Source: a phage. From it: a DNA stretch of 64,000 nucleotides. Made by a program: the position numbers and the translations under genes. The DNA lies in sequence record OM867527.1. One strand, 5' to 3'. Each line of letters begins with the position of its first letter. Position 1 is the stretch's first letter. The notes beneath the pieces were generated by a model that ran no database searches, had not been told where the DNA came from, and saw only the letters and a program-made list of their open reading frames with translations. Shown here piece after piece: positions 10,097 to 21,100 of the stretch.

Positions 10097-12043
10097 ATGA
10101 GTCAGATAACATGGCGTAATGTTGATGCACCTAACTTCTCCGGAGTTGGTGACAGCATTCGCACATTTGGCAACATGATTGGTAACGCCACCTCCGGCTT
10201 AAGTGATGCACTGGGTAATTTCCAGAACGCTGCCAAGCAGGAGGCTGGCAATGCCGTCATGATGAATGCTATGCAGTATCAAGACCCTACTGAATACCGT
10301 AATGCTCTGGCATCCGGTGCACTGTTTCAGGGGGTTGACCCTTCATTGGTAAGTCAGCGTACTCTTCAGAATCTGGATGAGCGAGCAGGTACTCTTCTGA
10401 CTCAGCAAGGTCAGCAAGGAACCAATGACTATAATGCTTATAACTTTGGTCGCTTAAAGGATGTTAACTCTGCATTGGATAATGCTTCTCCAGCTATTCG
10501 ATTGCTGTCTGAGGCTTATCAGTCAGGCGACCAGAATCGTATTAATGCTGCATTAGGTCAAACCCGTGAGGCATTATCTACACTTCCTGCTGACCAACAG
10601 TTAGATTTGCTAGGACGTCTACAAGGACAGGGTGGTGCAGCTATTAATCAGGCAACTAATCGCTTTGACCTTAACGTGCGTCAACGTAATGATGCTGATT
10701 CACAAGCTGCATCCGGTGTACTGACGGATATTTTCCGTAGTGCTTCTACGCCTATGGATGCTCTTACACTGGCAGAGTCTGCTATGCAGAATGCTTCCCC
10801 AGGTGTACGTGCTGCAATCATGCGAGGTGTTAACGAGAGATTCCCGGGTACTTACGCTACGTCTTCTTCTGGCTCTGCTCCTGGAACTGCTGGTACTCGT
10901 TCTGGTTCTCCTTATGATGCAACTTATACCTTTGCTGCTACTGATAAGCCTATTACTGAGATGACACTGGGAGAGGTTACTAATCATCAGCAAACTATGA
11001 TTAATAACCCGTCACAAGGTCATTCTCCTGTGGGTGCATTCCAGATTAATAAAGCTACTCTGGAAGACTATGCTCCTAAAGTACTTGGCTCAGATTGGCG
11101 TAATCAGCAAATGACTCCTGAAGTACAGGATAAAATTGCTGAAGCAATCTTTAATGACCGTAAGAGTGGTAACCTTTCTAAGACCTGGGCTGCATTACCT
11201 GACTTGGGTGTGGGTGGTTATAAGGATATGCCTTGGAGTGAAGCACGTCAGTTAATTGCACAGGCAGAAGTAGGTGCACCTCTTGATCAGCTACAGACCC
11301 AGCAAGTAGTCTCAAACATGGCAGGCAATACAGTTGCTGCACGTCAGTCTGAAGATAACACTGGAACTATTACTGCTAACTATGCTCGTGCATTACGTGA
11401 TAACTCTACCATTGGTGAAGTAGCAGACCGTCTTCTTAAGGATGCTTTCAAAGGTTCTGAGAAAGGATGGATGATTGCTCGGCTTAATGATGTTATGCAG
11501 GAATCCGGGCAGTCTCCTGCTGTAGCTGCCGAGATTCTTAAGCAATCTACTACCAACGTACCAGAGGGTATGATTAGTCGAGCACTCGATGCACTTAACC
11601 CATTCATCTCCAATGAGGGTGGTGGTGGTATTCGTATTGACGATACCGTTGCCAGAGAACTAGCACGTTCAGTACGACGTGGGGAAGGTATTGAAGCTAC
11701 TGCTCGTGATAATGTTCTTACTCAGGTACAGGGTAATATTGCTAACGCTCAGAACCAGGTAAACCAAGCAGAAGCCTTGCTTGCTGATACCCGTCGTCGT
11801 GTAGCTGCTGGGCAAAGTGGACTTGCTGCTACTATACCTGCTCGTGAGGCTGAGTTAGTAAGAGCACGTGCTGCACTAGATGCTGCTGTTAATACTGTAG
11901 TAGCTAATCAAGGTAACCTGGTTCCACAGAACTTCCGTTCTAATGCTTCAGTAGAGCGTGAGCGTAGTCGTGAAGATGAAGAACGAGCTAAACGTTATCG
12001 AAAATTAGCAGAGGGTTTACCTCCCTATATGCAACCTCGATAA
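10097..12043 (+). CDS. virion protein (648 aa), possible lytic-transglycosylase-like domain
   Basis: Directly upstream of vRNAP. Segment GHSPVGAFQINKATLEDYAPKVLG...EVQDKIAEAIF loosely resembles the SLT-domain core GLMQI...T...G; weak, by eye. Confidence 0.35.
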   Translation: MSQITWRNVDAPNFSGVGDSIRTFGNMIGNATSGLSDALGNFQNAAKQEAGNAVMMNAMQYQDPTEYRNALASGALFQGVDPSLVSQRTLQNLDERAGTLLTQQGQQGTNDYNAYNFGRLKDVNSALDNASPAIRLLSEAYQSGDQNRINAALGQTREALSTLPADQQLDLLGRLQGQGGAAINQATNRFDLNVRQRNDADSQAASGVLTDIFRSASTPMDALTLAESAMQNASPGVRAAIMRGVNERFPGTYATSSSGSAPGTAGTRSGSPYDATYTFAATDKPITEMTLGEVTNHQQTMINNPSQGHSPVGAFQINKATLEDYAPKVLGSDWRNQQMTPEVQDKIAEAIFNDRKSGNLSKTWAALPDLGVGGYKDMPWSEARQLIAQAEVGAPLDQLQTQQVVSNMAGNTVAARQSEDNTGTITANYARALRDNSTIGEVADRLLKDAFKGSEKGWMIARLNDVMQESGQSPAVAAEILKQSTTNVPEGMISRALDALNPFISNEGGGGIRIDDTVARELARSVRRGEGIEATARDNVLTQVQGNIANAQNQVNQAEALLADTRRRVAAGQSGLAATIPAREAELVRARAALDAAVNTVVANQGNLVPQNFRSNASVERERSREDEERAKRYRKLAEGLPPYMQPR

Positions 12044-12060
12044 AATCTTACATACTAATA

Positions 12061-12086
12061 AAGCCCCATACGGGGCTTTTCTCTTA
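12061..12086 (+). terminator. rho-independent terminator
   Basis: AAGCCCC-ATAC-GGGGCTT hairpin followed by TTCTCTT. Confidence 0.5.
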
Positions 12087-12128
12087 CATTCACTTACTGT
12101 ACAGTGAATCTTCTTATACGATATAAGT

Positions 12129-15100
12129 TTGAACAGGAATCATGCTATGTCAACATTTGACCGTCTGGCAGGTTTCGCAGACAGCATCACTACTGCTAAG
12201 CAAGTCGATGTCTCTACTGCAACCTCTCGGAAACAAGCTGAACAAGGGCAAAACCCTTTCCAATTAACTCCTCAGAACGCTTACCAATTACAGGCAGGCC
12301 GTGCTGGTAACTTAGGTGCTGGTGCATTTGACCCAGGATCTATTCAGGCAGATTTTACTAATGCCTCCCCTCTTGAAATCATAAATAAGTATGGCAATGA
12401 GCAAGGAATGGGCATTCTCAATGCTCGTGTCAATGCAGCTAATGCTGTTCGTCGTGATTTAACTAAGAGTCGTACATATGGTGAAGCACTTGGTGATACC
12501 CTTTCTGGTGTTGGTCTTGGTGTTGCTAATACCCTTGGGGGCATTGCTGCTCTTGGCACAGGCTTGGTCAATGATAATGCCGGGGCATCCATTGCTTCCG
12601 GTCTTGACTGGTTGAATAAAGGAGTACACAACCTACAGTCTGATGCACTGAATGCTCGCCGTAATGTAGTACAGAACCAGAACGTAATATCTGCTCAGGA
12701 AAACGAGAAACTCTATAAGCAGGATATTGATAAAGGAGAGAGTGAACTCGTTGCTTCTCTGTCTCGTATTGGGCGTGATGCTTATGATTCTGTTGCTAAC
12801 ACTTTGTCCAATGGCATGGCTGCTACAGATGGTCTGGCTGAAGGCGTTGGTTCACTGTTTACTGGTGGTCCACTTATCCGTGGTGTATCTGCACTTGGTA
12901 AAGTAATGGTAGGTGGGGATAAAGCTGTTAAGGGCATTACCTTAGCTGCTGAATTAGGTTATCGTCCTGCACGTATTGCACAGACTGCTGGTCGTGTTGC
13001 TGCACCTGCTATAGCAATTGGTGGTATGGAAGCTGGTGGTGCATACCAACAGACTGCCAATGAAATTATGGAAATGCCATTCAGTGAACTGGCTGCTAAA
13101 TCTCCTGTATACCAACAGCATATTAAAGACGGTCTGTCTCCGGAAGAAGCACGTCGTCAGACTGCATCTGAAACGGGTATCACTGCTGCTGGCTTAACTG
13201 CTCCGGTTGCTGCTCTTACTGGTCCACTGGTATCTAAGTTTGAACTTAACCCACTCAAAGTAGGTTCACTGGCTGGTGCTGGTTCTAACATGCTGCGTGA
13301 GACTGTAGAAGAGGGTATCCAGTCTGGTACAAGCCAGCTTGCACAGAACAAGGCAATTCAAGGTAATGTAGATGCTAAACGTGATTTGCTTAAAGGTGTG
13401 GGTGAACAAGCTGGTCTTGGTGCATTGTATGGCTTTGGTTCTGCTGGAGTTGCTCAAGCTCCTGGTGCAACTGTTAAGGCTGCTGGTGCTGCCGTTGGTC
13501 CTGTTGTACGTACTACCCTGGCTGGTGCTTCTCTGGCTGGTAAGGCACTAGCAAAAGTAGCTTCCCCTATTACTAACATTCTGGTTCAACGTGGGGAAGA
13601 AGTTGCTAAGCGTAATGAACAAGCATCCCCTGTATCAGACGCTACGGTTAATGCTGCTGCACAAGAAGCTACTGCTCAGGCAGAACAAGCACAAGCAACT
13701 GTTCAGGAAGCAGTAGATGCAATGGATATTTCTCCTGAAGAGAAAGCTGCTGCTACCCAGTATGCTGCTGACTTAACTCAGGCAATGAAGTTTGGCCCAG
13801 TAGAACTGGAACAAGCTAGTCCAGTAATCCGTGAAGCTGTTTCTGGTTCCACTAACCGTGTTGAAGCTATTCAGAAGATGGCTGACCTGGTTAATACTGC
13901 TGAAGACCCTAACGTTCAAATGGAAGCTGCAATCCAGATGTATGACAACATCATGTCTATGGATAGCTTCATTAACCGTGACCCAGGTGCATTAGCTAAT
14001 CTGGAACAAGGTTCTCCTGCTGCTAATATTGTTGACCAGTTCTCCGGCCTGATGGCTAACGTTCAGAATACACCTAAGGTGCTCCGTGCATTCCGTGCTA
14101 TCCATTCCATGATTCAGGAACAGGCAGAAGCAGGTAAACTGAAAGCTACTGAAGAAGCTAACCAAGCCCAGGCAAATAATATTGCTATGGCTGCTGATAT
14201 GTCTCCAGAAGTACTGGATGCAGACTCAGTGAACATGGTTCTGAAACATGCAAGTGAAGGTAAGATTACGCTGGGGAATCGTCAGCGTGCTGCCCTGCAA
14301 TCTGCTGCTGCTCTATTGCAAGGAGCACGAGAATTTGACGCTAAAGCAGAAGAACTGGGCTTACGTCCTCAAGACATTGTTAGTAAACAGATTAAAACCG
14401 ACGAATCTCGTTCTAATGAAGGCCAGTACTCTGCGTTGCAACATGCTAAACGCATTCGTTCTGCGTACAACTCTGGTAACTTCGATTTGGCTTCCGCTTA
14501 TCTCGACGACTTTATGAAGTTCGCCCAGCACATGCAGAATAAGGTCGGAGCGTTGAATGAGCATCTGATTTCGGGGAATGCGGATAAGAATAAGTCTGTC
14601 CATTATCAGGCTCTTACCCCCTCCCGTGAATGGGTACGTAGTCGTACTGGCCTCGGTGTCAATCCGTATGATACCAAGTCTGTTAAGTTTGCCCAGCAAG
14701 TAGGACTGGAAGCCAAGACCGTAGCTGATATTGCTAACGCACTTGCTACGGCTTACCCGGAGCTTAATGTTTCTCATGTGAAAGTTACCCCATTGGATTC
14801 ACGTCTGGACAAGCCTGCTGCTCAGGTAGTTAAAGAGTTCCGTCAGGGCAATCTTGATGCTGCTCAATCCCAACAGACCAATGAACCAGTGAATCAGGTT
14901 GATGAAACTCCTGTTACGAAACAGGAACCAGTTACCCCTACTGTACAGACTAAACCTTCTGTTAGTGAAGCTGTTAAAACAGAACCTACTATTAAAGAGT
15001 CTAAACCACAGACTGTAAAAGAACCTGAGAACCAGTCTGAAAAACAGGATAATGTTGATCAGTCTACTGAATCTGAAAGAGATGCTTATGTGAAAGAGAA

Positions 15101-18100
15101 TACTATTTCACAAGATACTCTTAATAAGTACGGTGACCGTAAAGAGAGTCCTTGGCTTTTTGCAGATGGTACTGTTGTTGGTTCCAATGGTGACCACATT
15201 AGCCTGTCTGATGTATTTGGTCATGATGGTTATCGTGATATGTCATTAGATACAGGTGCTATTCGCTCTACCTTCTACAAAGGAAGCGAGCAACCATTTG
15301 TATCATTGCAACTGTTTGATAATCAGAAACTGACTACTGAACAATTCAATACTGTTCAATCATTCGTAGAAGCAAACAATGCACTGATTCAGGTTGGTGT
15401 AGATACGTCTGGACGTAATACCAATAATGTTGAGAAGCAAGAAGTATCACTGGCTCAACTGAAAGCAGACTATACAGTTGGTGGTAAACCACTCTCTGAG
15501 ATGGAAACAGTGTTCCCTGTCTATAACAACGAAAAAACACCGAACCAGTTCCTTAAAGCATTTTCTCTACCAGAAGAACCTAAGTCCCGTACCATTGGTT
15601 CTGAATCCCCTTTGACTGATGTTAAGAAAGCACTGTCTTCTGCTGCCCGTTTCGAAGCATTCACTCAAAAAGAAAATAACGCTCTCACAAGTGATGTGAT
15701 TAAGCGTTATCAGGACTTAATGGGGTTTGGTGAAACTCTGAAGACTACTTTATCTGATCGTCTGGCTAAGTTCCTTGCTAACAAGAATGTTGGTAAACGT
15801 TTTGCAGAAGGTACTGAGGCTAACCGCTGGGTAGGTGGTAAGTTACTTAACATCGTTGAGAAAGATGGCGACACCTTTAAGTTCAATGACCAATTGTTAG
15901 AGACTGCTGTACTTGCTGGTTTGCAATGGCGACTTACTGCTACCCAGAATGCTGCTGTTAAAGACATGAAAGGCGTAGCTGCCATTACTGGTGTGGAGGC
16001 ATCCTTGTTACCTGAAGGTATCCTTGCAGAGTTTGAGAATGCTCAGACCCTGGTTGAAGCTACTAACTCACTGGCTCAAAAGATTGAATCCTATTGGGGT
16101 TTGAATCGTAATCCTAATGCACCTCTTGGTTATACCAAGGGTATCCCAATGGCAATGGCTACAGAGATTCTGTCTTCTCTCATTGAGATGGGTGAAGTTA
16201 AAGAGTCCATGCTGGATGTGTCTGAAATTGATCCAGAATCTAATAAGACTGTTGGTCTGTATACCATTGAGAAGTTAGATGATAACGATGCCATTAACAA
16301 ATTCCCTACTGCTATTGAGGAAGCTGTCCTCCTAGAACCAGAAGAGAAGATGTACTTTGGTGATGACATTCCTTCCGTGGCTCAAACTCAGTTACGTAAC
16401 CCAGCTGTTAAGAATACCCCGGAACAGAAAGCTGCTCTTAAAGCTGAGCAGGCTACTGAGTTCCATGTACATATGCCGATGGTTAACTTCTATGAAGCAT
16501 TGGGTCGTGACAACATTCTGGAGCTGATGGGTGCTGGTGCTCTTAATCCTGAACTACTGAATGTGAATACCGCTAAATCTCTGGAAGGTAAAAACCTGTC
16601 CGTGTCTATGGCATATGATTCCTTGTTTGGTGTAATCAACCAGATTAAGGAACAAGAGAATGGTTTGGATACACCTATTCACTACGGTTACAACATGACC
16701 CGTGTAGGTCGTATGCAGATGCTTGGTAAGAACAACCCACAATCCAGCAAGCTGGTACGTGAAGCAATCCTACCAACTTTCTCTACCATCGACTTAAGTA
16801 ATGAAAACAGTCAAACGTTCTCTGACTTCCAGCTTGGACTGGCTCAGGCATTGGGTATCAAAGTTCATAAAATGTCCCGTGAAGTTATGTCGGATGAGCT
16901 GACTAAAGCTCTGGAAGGTAAATTGAAACCTGCCGTTGATATGATGGTTGAGTTTGATAAGTCTGGGCACTTACCTACTGATGCTGTGGATATTCTGAAG
17001 ACCTCTTTGGGTAATGATAAATCATTTGTAGCTCTCATGGCTCTGATGGAGTATGCCCGTTACTTGAACAGTGATGACCGTGCTAACTTTAATACCCCAC
17101 TGTACGTTGAAGCTGATGGTGTAACCAACGGACCAATCAACGCAATGGTATTAATGACTGGTGGTAAGTTCACTTCAGATTGGATTAAGAATACTGCTAA
17201 AGGTGGTTTGTTCTTCGGTAAAGCTGGCAAGACTATGAACGAGCATCATTCACATGAGGATAGTGTTGACCTGTATGAAGCATCCACTAATAGCCTACAA
17301 CAGGCACTGAACGAATTACGTAATACTTATCGTAACAACGTTCCTGTTACGAACCAGATGAAGCATCTCCAGAAGTTAATGGACCTATTCATTAAAGACT
17401 TCAATCTTAAGGAAGATGGTACTCTGGACCTGAAACGCGGTATCGCTAAAAACCCACTGACTATCACCATCTACGGTTCAGGTGCTCGTGGTATTGCTGG
17501 CAAGATGGTAAGTGCAATTACTGATGTCATCTATGAACGCTTCAGTGACGTTCTGCAAGCCCGTGCTGCTGACCCTAGCATTTCCCCGGCTATGGCAATG
17601 TTTGGTAAGGAGGCTGCATCTGAAGCTGACGCTCAGGCTATGCTGGATACTTTCCTTACTTCTATGGAAGCACTGACTGGTAATGTTCCGGTTATGCGTA
17701 AAGGCGAGCTGTCTATTCAGCAGGTAGAAGGTGCTCTGACCGGTAAATTAGACCCTCAGAAGTTTACTGTATCCGGTAATGCTCTGAAGAACTTACAAGA
17801 GAACATGCTTCACTTGTTCGTTGAGCCAATGCGTACTGGTATCCGAAATACTGTTGGTGAAGGTCTGATGTACTCTACTGAAAATTTGCAGAAGGCTACT
17901 CAGATTCAATCACTGGTATTGCAGGATATGTTCCAACAGGCAGTACAGGCTAAACTGGCAGAAAAAGAAAAAGACCCAACATGGAAGAAGGGTGATTTCT
18001 TAACGCAGAAAGAACTGAATGAAATCCAGGAATCATTATCTCCACTGGCTCCAATGATTGAGACTGGTTCCCAGACTTTCTATATTGCTGGTAGTGAGAA

Positions 18101-21100
18101 TACTGATGTTGCTAACCAAGTACTGGCTACTAACTTAGATGACCGTATGCGTGTGCCAATGAGCATTTATGCTCCTTCACAGGCAGGGGTTGCAGGTATT
18201 CCATTTATGACCATCGGTACTGGTGATGGCATGATGATGCAGACGCTTTCTACTATGAAAGGTGCTCCGAAGAATACCCTGAAAATCTTTGATGGTATGA
18301 ACATCGGTATCAATGACATTACTGATGCAAGCCGTAAAGCCAATGCGGCTGTATATACTTCCTGGCAGGGTAACCCTATCAAGAATGTTTATGACTCCTT
18401 CTCTAAGTTCATGAAGAATGTAGACTTCAGCAAACTGTCCGATGAAACCAAACAGGCTATTGCTAAGTCTGCTCTGGAATACGACCAACGTGAAGGTGCT
18501 ACTGATGACCTGTTGCGTGTTGGTGCTGAACAGATTGAACGTAATCTGCGTAACATTGCTCTGGGTGTGGATATTCGTCACAAGGTAATGGACCGGGTAC
18601 AGGTTACCGTTGACCAGATGGCTGCTGTTGGTGCTCCTTATGTGAACAACGGTAAAATCTCTCTGGATGGTCTGACTATTGACCAGCAGGTAGCTAAGCT
18701 GAACGAACTGTTTGATGCTGAATTAAACAAGCGTCGTGATGCAGTACGTGCTTCTAAAGCAGAGCCAACGAAGGTAGAACCAGCGAAAGAAGTGCCAGTG
18801 GTTGAAGTACCTGCTATGGAGAAGGTTGGTCGTGTACTGAAATCTGGTGTACGTCTACTGTCTAATACTGCCATTACTAAACTGGCTAAAGAGATGTCTC
18901 CTGAGCAGCAAGCAGTATTGAAAGAGATACAGAAATCCCTTGTTGCTAAAGACTACAAGGTTGTTTACGGTACACCTTCTCAACTGGATGCTTACGCTAT
19001 TGAGAAGAACATTACTCGCCCAGCACCAGAAGATATTGAAGCTGCTGAAGCTGGTAATGCATACGGTTGGACTAACTTTGAAGATAAGACCATCTACTTA
19101 GTCACCCCTTCCTTAGAGACTCTGGTTCATGAATTAGTACATGCTTCTACTTTTGAATCTGTACTGGCTCACTATGAAGGTACTCCTAATGAAGCTGTCC
19201 AGAACATTGAAGACCTGATGAACCAGTTCCGTACTCTGGATGTTAAGGATGAATCTCCGGCAGTACGTGAAGCATATGCCGATGCACTGAATACCATTAA
19301 TGGTCATCTGTCCAATGGCTTCATTGAACCAGCAATGGCTAAAGCTGCTGCTCTGAATGAGTACATGGCCTGGGGTTTAACCAACCGTGAACTGATTAAT
19401 AAGCAGAAGAAAACCACTGCACTTAAAACTATGGTTCAGGCTGTATATGAGGCGATCAAACGTCTAGTATTTGGACGTAAGAAAGCTCCGGCTAATGCAG
19501 ATGATATGTTCTCTGGCTTACTGTTTAACTCTGCTGTAGTAATGCGTGGACAAGCTCCTACTGCTGCTGTAGCCAAAGACACTACCCTGTTCCATAACAA
19601 AGCATACGGTAACAATACTCGTCTGGAAGAGTTAGGGAAAACCTTCGATAAGCTGATTACTGACTACATTGGTTCAGAACCAGTACAGCAAGTAATTCGT
19701 AAAGGTAAGTTCTCTGATGCAGTAGTAAATGCAACTAAAGTAACTCGTGATGTTCAGGCTCATGGCTTCACCATGAATATGCAGGAACAACGCCTCTTTA
19801 CTAACATTGTTGCTGCACTAGCTACCGAGGCTGCTATTAACCCTGCTGCTATGGCTCGTGCACAGGAATACTACACACATGTTACTAAGAACCTGACCGT
19901 TGAAGCGTTCATGGCTGACCCGGATAGTACTAACCCTGCTGACCGTTACTATGCACAGCAGAAGTTTGACACCATCATGGGTGCTAACAACATTGAGTTT
20001 GATGCACAAGGTCGTTCTTCCTTACTGCCTACCTTTGTTGGTCTGGCAATGGTAAGCGAAGAGGTACGTAAGGTACTGGCTGACATTCCTGTTATGAAAG
20101 CAGATAAGAAATCAGGCAATACTGTTGATGCAATGCTGACTAACATCGGTACTGCTGCAATGGCTAGTCTGAATGCTCGTGTAGCAGGTGATACTAAAGC
20201 CACTAACGTACAGGAAGGTATGGATGCACTGGCTCAGACAATCATGCAGACCAGTCTTAATGCAGAGTCCTTCTATGATTCCGTTGCTACTCCTACCGGT
20301 AATGCTATTGACCGTGCTAACCAGTATCTGGTGGATTCTATTGATGCACTGTCTACCCGTGCTTTGGAAGGTGCTCGTGAAGTTGCAGCTAATACCAAGA
20401 ACCCACTGGTCAAAGGTGCTGCTCATGCTGCACAACTGATAGCTGCTATTGCTACAGAGAAGAATGGTTCAATTGTAGCTGAAGGTGTTATGGCTGCAAT
20501 GAACCAGGGTAGAGTATGGCAACCTTTCCATGACCTGGTTAATGACATAATCGGACGTACTAAGAGCAATGCTTCTGTATATGATTTGATTAAGGCAGTA
20601 CGTGCACAGGTACAGGCTGACCGTCAGCAGTTCCGTGAACACTTGCCTACCACTATCGCATCTAAGTTCAGCCGTAAGCTGACTAATGATGAGTGGAAAG
20701 CAATGCATACCGGTATGGGTAAAACTGACTTAGCTGTTCTGCGTGACACCATGTCTCTGGCTGAAATCCGTGACCTGTTGACTGACCAGAAGATTGTTGA
20801 CCGTGAGGTTAATAAACTGGAAGCAGATTTGCAGAAACAAGCAGGACGTAACTGGCCTCTGATTAATCGTAAATCTAAGCAACTGGCTCAGTACATGATT
20901 AACGGTACGGTCGGAAATAACCTGCTGCGTAATGCTACTGCAATTTCTCGTTTACTGGGTGAACGTAAGACTACACGTTCTGTTGTAGATGTAGCTCAAC
21001 TGGATAAACTCATTACCCTGTATGCACTGGAAGCAATGAATAAGACTGACCGTGAGATGTTATCTTCGCTGGCTCAGACAGAAATTGAAGGCATGGACTT

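Noticed and set aside
10740-10964. Leu-rich 74-aa ORF (LLLALLLELLVLVLVLL) in an alternative frame of the 648-aa gene
   Set aside because: Low-complexity translation of a Ser/Gly/Ala-rich coding segment in another frame; a frame artefact.
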